Assembly: GCF_001644705.1 (NCBI RefSeq)
Contig: NZ_CP015137.1
Span: forward strand, 2,610,001-2,642,000
Direction: 5' to 3'
DNA length: 32,000 nucleotides
DNA from: Dickeya solani IPO 2222
Lineage (GTDB): Bacteria; Pseudomonadota; Gammaproteobacteria; Enterobacterales; Enterobacteriaceae
A program made the position numbers and the translations under genes. Shown here piece after piece: positions 16,884 to 25,659 of the stretch (position 1 is the first letter of the stretch; every line of letters starts with the position of its first letter). The notes under the pieces are model-generated. The model was given only the letters and a program-made list of their open reading frames with translations. It was not told the DNA's origin and did not search any database.

Positions 16884-18310
16884 TGGCTGGATTAAATAAA
16901 TATCGGGTTTATCCAGAGTATAATTGCACTGATACTGAAGGGCTAGTGAAATTACCTTCCCAATGGGAGCTAAAGCAAGTTAGATACATACTCAAAGGGG
17001 GATCCGAAGGTACAAAAATAGGGCCTTTTGGTAGTGCCCTGAAATTAGAGGATATGGTTGACGATGGTGTACAAGTGTATGGTCAAGAGAATGTTATAAA
17101 ACGTGATTTTTCTCTAGGAAAAAGAAGGATCAGTTTTAATAAATTTAAAGAAATGAGAGTCTATGAAGTATTTCATGGTGATATATTAATCACCATGATG
17201 GGAACTAGCGGGAAATGTGAGATTGTCCCTCATGACGCTGAAAAAGGGATTATTGACTCACACTTAATCCGTGTACGGGTTAACAATGATTTAATTATCC
17301 CTGCGTTTTTTAAGTTATTAGTTGATGAGTCGCCTGAAATTAAACATCAAATTAGCATTCAGGGAAAAGGATCTATAATGCTTGGTTTAAACTCAGGTAT
17401 TATTAAGAGCTTGTACTTGCCTTTGCCAAGTATTGCTGAACAGAGAATTATCTTAATATTCCTTGATTACGAAGTCACAAAAATCGATAGTCTGATCGAA
17501 AAGCAGCAGCAACTCATTGAACTGCTGAAAGAAAAACGTCAGGCCGTGATTAGCCATGCTGTAACCAAAGGGCTAAACCCTGATGTGCCGATGAAAGACT
17601 CTGGCGTTGAGTGGTTGGGGGAGGTGCCAAAGCATTGGTCCGTAACTAGGCTGGGTTACCATGCGATAAAAATAGGGAGCGGCAAAACTCCAAGAGGAGG
17701 TTCAGAAATATATCTTGATGAAGGAGTGCTCTTCTTGAGGAGTCAAAATGTCTACGACGATGGACTGAGAGTAGGATCTTCTGAGTGTGTTTTTATCGAC
17801 TATAACATACATAATGAAATGAAAGGAACTCGTGTTCTTGAAGGTGATATTTTACTTAACATTACCGGCGGTTCGATTGGGCGTAGTTGTTTAGTTCCCA
17901 CCCCGTTTGTTGAAGCAAATGTTAATCAGCATGTATGTATATTGCGCTTCAGGAAAAATATTCGTGAGTTTATTGCATATGCTATGAAATCTTTCTCAAC
18001 CAAGGAACAGATCGAAGCATGTCAGGTTGGTGGAAACAGAGATGGGCTCAATTTTGAGCAGACCTCAAAAATTAATATATGTTTACCACCAAAGGAAGAA
18101 ATTAACGCAATCTTAGAGTATCTAAAAATTAGATTACCACAATTAGATACCCTTGAAAAAAATTCGTCAAACATGATTCAGCTTCTCCAAGAGCGCCGCA
18201 CCGCCCTTATCTCTGCTGCCGTCACTGGCAAAATTGATGTACGCGACTGGGTCGCGCCAGATAGAAGCGAAATGGCAAACATTGAGGGATCACCGGAGGT
18301 GAACGCATGA
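16883..18310 (+). CDS. hsdS: Type I R-M specificity subunit S (475 aa)
   Basis: Two AT-rich variable target-recognition regions are separated and followed by conserved coiled-coil repeats (LIEKQQQLIELLKEKRQAVISHAVTKGL and MIQLLQERRTALISAAVTGKIDVRDW). TGATG overlaps with hsdM and ATGA overlaps with hsdR. Confidence 0.9.
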   Translation: MAGLNKYRVYPEYNCTDTEGLVKLPSQWELKQVRYILKGGSEGTKIGPFGSALKLEDMVDDGVQVYGQENVIKRDFSLGKRRISFNKFKEMRVYEVFHGDILITMMGTSGKCEIVPHDAEKGIIDSHLIRVRVNNDLIIPAFFKLLVDESPEIKHQISIQGKGSIMLGLNSGIIKSLYLPLPSIAEQRIILIFLDYEVTKIDSLIEKQQQLIELLKEKRQAVISHAVTKGLNPDVPMKDSGVEWLGEVPKHWSVTRLGYHAIKIGSGKTPRGGSEIYLDEGVLFLRSQNVYDDGLRVGSSECVFIDYNIHNEMKGTRVLEGDILLNITGGSIGRSCLVPTPFVEANVNQHVCILRFRKNIREFIAYAMKSFSTKEQIEACQVGGNRDGLNFEQTSKINICLPPKEEINAILEYLKIRLPQLDTLEKNSSNMIQLLQERRTALISAAVTGKIDVRDWVAPDRSEMANIEGSPEVNA

Positions 18311-21300
18311 GCATGGACGCTACCAAAGAAGCGATCTTCCAGAATGAAATGATTGCACGGATGGTTGAACATGGCTGGTTTGTCGGCAAAGGTGATGGCT
18401 ACGATCGTGAACGTGCGCTGTATTCGCAAGATGTGCTGACTTTTGTTAAAACAACTCAGCCACAGGAATGGGAAAAGCTGGTTAAGGTTTTCCCTACTGA
18501 TACCGAGCGCCATTTCCTCGATGCGCTGGTTGTACAGCTTAAGAAAGCCGATGTTAACGCCACCGATAAACTCTCACGCACCTACGGTACGCTGGGCGTA
18601 TTGCGCAATGCGCTGAAGATCCGCAATGCCCGTTTTACGCTATGCCAGTTTAAACCCGAACATAATTTAAACCCGGAAACGCTGGCGCGTTATCAGCAGA
18701 ATATCTGCCGTATTGTGCCGGAACTGGTTTATAGCCCGTATGCGTCGAACGCTGTGTTTGAAGAAACCGGTTCAAAGGCCAAAAAGTGGCGTATCGATCT
18801 GGTGCTGTTTGTTAACGGCCTGCCGGTGGCGACGCTGGAGTTGAAATCCGAGTTTAAGCAGGCGGTACAAAACGCGATTAAACAATATAAGAAAACGCGT
18901 TTGCCGAAAGACCCGGTAACCAATAAGCCTGAACCGCTGCTGACCTTCAAACGCGGGGCGTTGGTGCACTTTGCCGTCAGCCAATATGACGTGTTTATGA
19001 CCACGAAATTGGCCGGTGATGACACCTTCTTCCTGCCTTTTAATAAAGGCACTACAGACGGCGGAGCAGGGAACGATATTCCCGAAGATAAAAGCGAGTA
19101 CGCCACCAGCTACTTGTGGAATGAAGTCCTGCTGCCAGACAATTTGCTGAAAATTCTCGCCAGTTTTGTGCATCTGCAAATTGAAGAGAAAGAAGACTGG
19201 AACGGATTAAAGGTTAAAAAAGAGAGTTTAATTTTCCCGCGTTATCACCAGTGGGATGTGGTGAATAAACTGATTCACGCTGCCACGAAAGAGGGCACCG
19301 GTAATAAATACCTTATTCAGCACAGCGCAGGTTCCGGTAAGTCCAATTCTATTGCCTGGACTGCCCATCAGCTTTCTACGCTCTATGATGAGAAAGGCGA
19401 AAAACAGTTCCACTCGATTATTGTTGTCACCGACCGAACGGTATTAGACGATCAGCTTCAGGATACGATTTACCAGTTTGAACATGCGGATGGTGTCGTC
19501 GGGCGCATTAATAATAAAGAAGGCGACGGCTCTAAATCAGAAAAACTCGCCAGTGCGCTGGAAAACTCCCAGCCGATTATTATCGTTACCATCCAGACTT
19601 TCCCGTTTGTGCTCAAAGCCATCGAAAACAGCGTCAGCCTCAAGCAGCGCAAATATGCGGTGATTGCTGACGAAGCGCACTCTTCTCAAAGCGGTTCCAC
19701 GGCGCGCCAGTTAAAAGAAGTGCTGATGACCGAAGAAGCGGATGATGATGTGGTGTTGTCGTCAGAAGATATTCTGGACGAGACAATCGCCGCGCGAAAA
19801 GGCAGTAATAATCTTAACTTCTATGCGTTTACCGCCACGCCAAAAGCCAAAACGCTGGAGCTGTTTGGTCGTCGTCCTAATCCACTTGAACCTGCATCCA
19901 AGACTAATAAGCCGGAAGCATTCCACGTTTATTCAATGCGCCAGGCTATTGAAGAAGGCTTTATTCTTGATGTTCTGAAGAACTACACCAACTACAAAGT
20001 GGCGTATAAGTTGCTGCAAAAGCTGGATGACCCTGACAGGGAAGTGGACAGTAAAAAGGCCAAAATTAAGCTGAACCAGTGGGTGACGTTGCACGAACAT
20101 AACGTCTCGCAAAAAGTAAAAGTGATTGTCGAGCACTACCGAAAAAACGTCATGCATTTACTCGGCGGACAGGCGAAGGCCATGGTCGTGACCAGTTCGC
20201 GCAAAGCGGCAGTGCGCTACAAGCTGGCGTTTGATCAGTATATTACCGAGAATCACTACCTGAAAATTAACGCCATAGTGGCGTTTTCAGGCGAAGTGGA
20301 ATTTGTTGAAAGCGATCACAATAGTTTCGCGCTGTTAAATAAAAAATTCACTGAAACCAATATGAATCCCGGTCTTAAAGGACGGGATATGCGCAACGCT
20401 TTTGATAGTGATGATTATCAAGTGATGCTAGTCGCAAATAAATTTCAGACGGGTTTTGATCAGCCCAAACTGTGCGCGATGTATGTGGATAAACCCCTCG
20501 GCGGTGTGGAGTGCGTACAAACACTCTCACGCCTGAACCGTATTTATCCGAGTAAAGCGCAGTCTGGCACCTTTGTTCTCGATTTTTACAACGAACCGGA
20601 TGATATTCTGGGGGCCTTCCAGCCTTATTATCAGACCGCCGAGCTGACAGATGTCAGCGACCCGCAGTTAGTCTTCGAGCTATTCGAGAAGCTCCGCACC
20701 AGCGGTATTTTCTTATGGAATGAAGTTGAGCAATTCTGCGACGCATTCTTTACCAAAAATAAATCCAACGCGGCAATTAGCAATATTTTCAAACCTGCCG
20801 TTGAGCGCTGGAAAAAGCGATATACCTCGGCTATTGATGCCTATTTGTTGGCAAAGGAAATTTTTGAGCGTACGAAGAAAACCAACGATGTGGTGCTGAT
20901 TACCAATGCCGAAAACAGTTTTAAAGACTGTAAGTTGGAAAAAGACAAGTTGGATATCTTCAAGAAAGATCTCGGTAGTTTTGTCCGTTTCTACGAGTTT
21001 ATGTCACAAATCGTGGAGTACGATGATAAGGAACTGGAAAAGCTCAGCCTATTTGCCCGCCATCTACGGCCATTGTTGCATGAACAGAATGTTGAAGAAG
21101 ATGAGGTTGATTTAAGCAATGTGGAGATGAGCCATTACCGCTTGTCGAAAATTCACGAGCAACATCTGAAACTTCAGGAAGATGCCGAAGAATACAAAAT
21201 AAAGCCGGGCAATGACATTGGCACCGCCAAGCCGAAGGATAAGAAAGAAGAATTTCTGTCGCATATTCTGGCACGCCTTAACGAGCTGTTCATTACTGAC

Positions 21301-21555
21301 AATCTGACTGATAAAGACATGATTAATTATGCTTTTAGCGTGCGAGACAAGTTGTCAGAAAATCAGGCGGTGATGACACAGATTGCGAATAACACGCGCG
21401 AACAGGCCATGCTCGGTGATTTCCCTAAAGCCATTGATGATGCGGTGTTGGACAGCAATGACGCACAGCAGGAGATGATGATGCAATATTTGTCTAACCC
21501 TGAACTGGCAAAAGGGTTTGCCCGAGTGGTGTTTGATATGTTGAAAGGGGCTTGA
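18307..21555 (+). CDS. hsdR: Type I R-M restriction subunit R (SF2 helicase/nuclease, 1082 aa)
   Basis: The N-terminal nuclease-type region is RIDLVLFVNGLPVATLELK. Helicase motif I is HSAGSGKSNS and motif II is ADEAHSSQSG. Motifs TATP and QTGFDQP are also present. Confidence 0.95.
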   Translation: MSMDATKEAIFQNEMIARMVEHGWFVGKGDGYDRERALYSQDVLTFVKTTQPQEWEKLVKVFPTDTERHFLDALVVQLKKADVNATDKLSRTYGTLGVLRNALKIRNARFTLCQFKPEHNLNPETLARYQQNICRIVPELVYSPYASNAVFEETGSKAKKWRIDLVLFVNGLPVATLELKSEFKQAVQNAIKQYKKTRLPKDPVTNKPEPLLTFKRGALVHFAVSQYDVFMTTKLAGDDTFFLPFNKGTTDGGAGNDIPEDKSEYATSYLWNEVLLPDNLLKILASFVHLQIEEKEDWNGLKVKKESLIFPRYHQWDVVNKLIHAATKEGTGNKYLIQHSAGSGKSNSIAWTAHQLSTLYDEKGEKQFHSIIVVTDRTVLDDQLQDTIYQFEHADGVVGRINNKEGDGSKSEKLASALENSQPIIIVTIQTFPFVLKAIENSVSLKQRKYAVIADEAHSSQSGSTARQLKEVLMTEEADDDVVLSSEDILDETIAARKGSNNLNFYAFTATPKAKTLELFGRRPNPLEPASKTNKPEAFHVYSMRQAIEEGFILDVLKNYTNYKVAYKLLQKLDDPDREVDSKKAKIKLNQWVTLHEHNVSQKVKVIVEHYRKNVMHLLGGQAKAMVVTSSRKAAVRYKLAFDQYITENHYLKINAIVAFSGEVEFVESDHNSFALLNKKFTETNMNPGLKGRDMRNAFDSDDYQVMLVANKFQTGFDQPKLCAMYVDKPLGGVECVQTLSRLNRIYPSKAQSGTFVLDFYNEPDDILGAFQPYYQTAELTDVSDPQLVFELFEKLRTSGIFLWNEVEQFCDAFFTKNKSNAAISNIFKPAVERWKKRYTSAIDAYLLAKEIFERTKKTNDVVLITNAENSFKDCKLEKDKLDIFKKDLGSFVRFYEFMSQIVEYDDKELEKLSLFARHLRPLLHEQNVEEDEVDLSNVEMSHYRLSKIHEQHLKLQEDAEEYKIKPGNDIGTAKPKDKKEEFLSHILARLNELFITDNLTDKDMINYAFSVRDKLSENQAVMTQIANNTREQAMLGDFPKAIDDAVLDSNDAQQEMMMQYLSNPELAKGFARVVFDMLKGA

Positions 21556-21611
21556 GTTTTTCACTGACCGAGTATCACCATTCGGCTTATGGACCATAAA
21601 ACGGAGGCATC

Positions 21612-22652
21612 ATGACAGATAAACACTTACCTCAAGCCCCAGTCGGTGAATTCATCATGTTTACCAGCCAGGATGGCAAAATACGTATTGAATGTCGTTT
21701 TGACAACGATACGTTATGGCTATCGCAGGCGATGATCGGTGAACTATATGGTAAAGCCAAAGCGACTATCAGCGAGCATATCAAAAACATCTTTGAAGAC
21801 GGTGAATTGGATGAAAATTCAGTTGTTCGGTTTTACCGAACAACTGCCAGCGATGGAAAAAATTATCAGGTTCAATACTTTAATCTGTCATTGGTACTAG
21901 CCGTCGGTTACCGTGTCCGTTCAACCCGAGGCATCCAGTTCCGTCAATGGGCCACGCAGACCTTGCAGGAATATCTGATTAAAGGTTTCGTAATGGATGA
22001 TGAGAGGCTGAAAAATCCGCCTGTCGGCCCGTCAGTGGTGCCCGATTACTTTGGTGAGATGCTGGAGCGTATCCGCGATATTCGCGCCAGCGAACGGCGT
22101 GTCTATCTACGGGTACGGGAAATCTTTGCTCTCGCAGCGGATTATCAACCTTCGCTGAAAGAGACTACGCTCTTTTTCCAGACCATCCAGAATAAACTGC
22201 ATTTTGCCTGTACCGGGAAAACGGCTGCTGAGCTTATTCACCAACGTGCCGATGCCAGCTTACCGCATATGGGGTTGACCAGCTTTAAGGGTGACGAAGT
22301 GCGTAAAGGGGATGTCACTGTCGCTAAAAATTATCTTAACCAAAGAGAAGTTGACGAACTGAACCGCGTAGTCAATATGTGGCTGGATTTTGCTGAAGAT
22401 CAGGCCAGACGTCGGCAGCAGATATTTCTACGCGACTGGCAGGAAAAATTAGATCAATTCCTGCAATTCAACGATCGTGATGTATTAAAAGGTGCAGGTA
22501 CGATCAGCAAGAAAATGGCAGATGATAAGGCTCAGGCCGAATATGAACAGTTTGCCGAGCAACAGCGTAGTTTAAAAGAAGCAGAGGGCGAGCGGGATAT
22601 CACTGAGCTATTACAGTGGCAAGCCAGCCCGAAAGCTAAGGATGTGCCATGA
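21612..22652 (+). CDS. RhuM-family protein (346 aa) appended to the type I R-M operon
   Basis: FTSQDGKIRIECRFDNDTLWLSQAMIGELYGKAKATISEHIKNIFEDGELDE...VGYRVRSTRGIQFRQWATQTLQEYLIKGF matches the Virulence_RhuM pattern from memory. Confidence 0.8.
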   Translation: MTDKHLPQAPVGEFIMFTSQDGKIRIECRFDNDTLWLSQAMIGELYGKAKATISEHIKNIFEDGELDENSVVRFYRTTASDGKNYQVQYFNLSLVLAVGYRVRSTRGIQFRQWATQTLQEYLIKGFVMDDERLKNPPVGPSVVPDYFGEMLERIRDIRASERRVYLRVREIFALAADYQPSLKETTLFFQTIQNKLHFACTGKTAAELIHQRADASLPHMGLTSFKGDEVRKGDVTVAKNYLNQREVDELNRVVNMWLDFAEDQARRRQQIFLRDWQEKLDQFLQFNDRDVLKGAGTISKKMADDKAQAEYEQFAEQQRSLKEAEGERDITELLQWQASPKAKDVP

Positions 22653-22776
22653 GTATGCAACATGCGCAAATTCCAGGAAGAATACAGCACTGAGATTCCT
22701 GCACTGACATGACTCACCAGCCTAGCATTTCCGAACCCCGGGGGGCCGGCAAATAGCCTCCGAGGGCGGTCACTCG

Positions 22777-23211
22777 ATGCATCCAGATGCAGTCGGTGAT
22801 CGGGGTACTGACCCGCATTGGATAAGTGACCGCATGGCTATTAACGCCAGGAGTTATGAGCAATACATAACTATTTTGTCCGGGTTATATCAGGGGGAAG
22901 ATCACCAGTACACAAGCCATGAATGGCAGTCGTTCCTGAAATCACACAGTCTGGAAGGAAGCATGAGCCGTCGCGGTAACTACCACGACAACGCGGTAGC
23001 TGAAAGTTTTTTCCAGCTACTGAAGCGTGAGCGGATAAAGAAAAAGGTCTATAGAACAGGTGAAGAAGCCCGCAGCGATATTTTTGATTACATCGAAATG
23101 TTTTATAACAGTAGGCGTCGGCATGGCTCAAGTGCCAATATGGCACCGGCAGAATATGAACATCAGTATTATCAACGGCTCGGAAGTGTCTAGATTATCA
23201 GTGGCGATTCA
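22777..23211 (+). mobile_element. Decayed IS3-family element remnant (3' part of orfB transposase plus right end)
   Basis: QYTSHEWQSFLKSHSLEGSMSRRGNYHDNAVAESFFQLLKRERIKKKVY...MFYNSRRRHGSSANMAPAEYE is the C-terminal DDE region (the E in DNAVAESFF). The upstream part is degenerate (GLYQGEDHQ where ..HSDxGxQ is expected). No orfA or left end is present. The sequence after the stop ends ...GTGGCGATTCA (23211), which is typical of IS3-family termini (..CA). Confidence 0.8.
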
Positions 23212-23302
23212 ATAAAGATTTAATTGTTATCTCCTTCCTTGGAGTTTTGCCCGTTTTTTCCGCAGTGGTCTTTTTGTTGTCCGTTATCATCCAGATGATA
23301 TT

Positions 23303-23323
23303 GGGGTCAAGATGAGGGTCAAT
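23303..23323 (+). repeat. Second copy of the GGGGTCAA-N5-GGTCAAT motif (candidate arm-type site at the island B right end)
   Basis: GGGGTCAAGATGAGGGTCAAT matches 12652..12672 at 18/21 positions. It is followed by ATTATGAGTTGGCC, which loosely resembles ATTATCCCGAGTCCGGCC at the first junction. Confidence 0.35.
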
Positions 23324-23367
23324 TCGCTTCGATTATGAGTTGGCCCGTGACTGACGTTGCTGTGTAG

Positions 23368-23402
23368 ATATTCTCCCCACCGCTTCCGGGTGGGGAGAAT
23401 AT
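23368..23402. terminator. 14-bp perfect hairpin between the IS remnant and the methyltransferase gene (terminator-like)
   Basis: ATATTCTCCCCACC-gcttccg-GGTGGGGAGAATAT lies 16 nt past the stop of the minus-strand gene 23418..24137. Only the A/T-rich stem ends could act as a U-tract. Confidence 0.5.
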
Positions 23403-23417
23403 TAGGTGCAGCCTACC

Positions 23418-24137
23418 TCAAACTTTCCGTCCCACGATTTGAATCATGTTGAAGTATTCTCCGGCCCCCGCTTCCATAATTGGGACCATCATTTCCTGAG
23501 CAAGAGAGCATTCCATAAAGTCATCCCATGCCTGCTGGCATGAATCCATTTCGCGCAGCAGGGTTATTTCTATGCCGGGTTCTTTTTCCCATAGCGCTTT
23601 CCACCAGCTACAGGAATAAAAATACCAGTCTGGTGTCCAGAAAGGTTTGACGACTTCGGGCAGGTTGCCTTCAGAGTAGTCCTGTATAAATCCGGGTACG
23701 GCAACCGCTATCAGCCCGTCTTTTTTCACAAACGGCAGCAGTTTCGTCAGCATGCCGTCGTTGCTGCCAAAGTACTGCCAGGCATCCACGCTGATGATCA
23801 TGTCGAAGTATTCGTGAGCAAAGGGGATCTCCTTCGTTGCGTCTGCCCGCAGGGGAAAAATTTTAGAATCAACGCCCAAAGTTGCGAACCGCTCTGCGTT
23901 TTCGGTAGGGGAGATCCATAAATCGGCGGCAAATACCGTTACGTCGTATTTTCCCGCCAGCAGGATGGACGAAATGCCTTTCCCGCAACCAAGGTCCAGG
24001 ATACGCATGCCCGGCGAAATGGGGAGCATAATGGCCATTTCTTCCGTGATGCGCATGGCATTCGGCCCCATCATGGTGTCCAGAAGAAACGCGTTGTCAT
24101 AGCCATCGGTAAAAGGGGTATTAATAACCATATTCAT
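23418..24137 (-). CDS. Class I SAM-dependent methyltransferase (~238 aa)
   Basis: Motif I is ILDLGCGKGISS. VFAADL follows as the post-I acidic residue, and DMIISVDAWQYF is also present. The start is ambiguous (GTG 24140, ATG 24137, ATG 24131). It lies 8-17 nt downstream of the yjhX-like stop, depending on which start is used, so the two are probably co-transcribed. Confidence 0.85.
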   Translation of the reverse strand: MNMVINTPFTDGYDNAFLLDTMMGPNAMRITEEMAIMLPISPGMRILDLGCGKGISSILLAGKYDVTVFAADLWISPTENAERFATLGVDSKIFPLRADATKEIPFAHEYFDMIISVDAWQYFGSNDGMLTKLLPFVKKDGLIAVAVPGFIQDYSEGNLPEVVKPFWTPDWYFYSCSWWKALWEKEPGIEITLLREMDSCQQAWDDFMECSLAQEMMVPIMEAGAGEYFNMIQIVGRKV

Positions 24138-24147
24138 CACCTGTACC

Positions 24148-24417
<270 letters not shown>

Positions 24418-24516
24418 TTAATCATCATGTGCAAAAACGAGCCAACACCCGCAGATGTTTGCGTAAAGTTTAAGCGCAGCGATAATCAGTCCGGCCTGAG
24501 AAGGTCGGGAAGCTGA

Positions 24517-24543
24517 TTATCTGATGATTACATTCTCCAGCAT
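24517..24543 (-). promoter_or_regulatory. 8-codon leader uORF (MLENVIIR) in the yjhX 5' leader, overlapping a 9-bp stem
   Basis: On the minus strand, GAGG-ctttg-ATG CTG GAG AAT GTA ATC ATC AGA TAA. The last sense codon and the stop lie in the 5' arm of the hairpin GATAATCAG(24521..24513)/CTGATTATC(24489..24481). Confidence 0.45.
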
Positions 24544-24850
24544 CAAAGCCTCGGTACGAGTTGAAAGGTCGTTACGCTGTCGAAGCTAACACGCTTAGAT
24601 TTTTTAAAAATGCTCCCACAGCACAGAAATGTGATTTCAGATGAGGTTACCCAGTGCGGTGTAAAGTCCCGCCTGTCAGAGCGGGGATATCAGACGCGGT
24701 TTTATCTCTCACCGTCCATGTGGTGGGCCGGGGTAAGTAATGGGCTTGTTCATGGCAGCATTGTCACTATATACAATGCTGCATCATTCTCCGGCGTATC
24801 TGGCGCTCGTCACTGTGTGCCGTCAGCGGCCATCAACCATGCGGCTGAAC

Positions 24851-25204
24851 TTAAATCACGTAGCGCGGTATCAGTTCGCTCGCATGCGGCACGGTCCGTG
24901 TGCAGCGTTCCGCCTGCTCGCAAATTTCCAGCAGCGCCGGGATCAGGTGCGCGGCGGCATTCAGGCTGGCGCCAAGATGGCGGCGCTGTTCGGGGCCGAT
25001 GTCGGCGCCGTTTTGCAACCGGTCGCCGAGTTCGCTGAGCCCGTGGCACAGCCCGGCGACGGATTCAGCGGCGATAGCGCCCAGATCGCACAGTTGAGCA
25101 TCATCAAGCTGGTAGAACGGCAGGCTGGCGATCAGGTCACGAAAAATGGTGATGCTGCTGTCAGCGGGAGTGGTGTGGGTGTCCGTCATAGTTAAATCTT
25201 CCAT
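24851..25204 (-). CDS. Hypothetical acidic protein (112-117 aa)
   Basis: Of three mutually overlapping ORFs, only this one has a normal amino-acid composition. The plus-strand alternatives are Arg/Ala/Pro-rich, as expected for antisense frames in GC-rich DNA. The start may be M6 (25189). Confidence 0.5.
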   Translation of the reverse strand: MEDLTMTDTHTTPADSSITIFRDLIASLPFYQLDDAQLCDLGAIAAESVAGLCHGLSELGDRLQNGADIGPEQRRHLGASLNAAAHLIPALLEICEQAERCTRTVPHASELIPRYVI

Positions 25205-25659
25205 TGCTAGATAGTTATGCCATCGCGCCTTCAGGTTCCAAGCTAAAGGTGTGACCCAGACAGGGTTGGAACACCGGATCTAGCGACCGGCCAACCTTAC
25301 GGTTGCCCTGCCTGAGCCACGGATTAGAGTGTGCACGTAGCCCCTGAAAAAACAAAGCGTTTTCCAGTTCCAGATGTTCGGGGTTCCACGCCCGGCTGCG
25401 GATGTAGCCGCAGCACAGACACTCTATGCCAGCCGCTAACCGGGTGAAAGGTTCTGGATGGATTTACAGTGGATTGCGAAGCATTTTGGAATGCCGCTCG
25501 CAAAACGGGCCAGAATTGCTCCCTAAAAACTGTCGCTGGCAGGTCGCGCTAGCCCTCTGCAACTCCCCATTCCCCACCCGCTTTTCCCTATTTGCCGCCG
25601 GGGGAGTTTGCCTGCGCCGGATTATGGTGTGAAGACATTTATCTGTCGGGAGATACACC

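Noticed and set aside
18178-21597. Numerous 60-135-aa ORFs inside or antisense to hsdR and hsdS (for example 18178..18513, 18729..19179 and 21355..21597)
   Set aside because: All are nested in, or antisense to, genes with unambiguous family motifs. None has independent support.
24610-25195. Plus-strand ORFs 24610..25038, 24740..25195 and 24900..25097, and minus-strand ORF 24810..25049
   Set aside because: They overlap each other and the minus-strand ORF 24851..25204. Their Arg/Ala/Pro/Ser-rich composition is what alternative frames of a GC-rich gene produce. I kept only the minus-strand ORF, at modest confidence.
25215-25463. Start-less 82-codon open frame on the minus strand containing CLCCGYIRSRAWNPEHLELEN, reminiscent of the C..NPxHL motif of His-Me finger (HNH) endonucleases
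   Set aside because: It has no start codon and only one short motif-like peptide. An open frame of this length is not unusual in GC-rich DNA. It might be a gene remnant, but I cannot support it without a database search.
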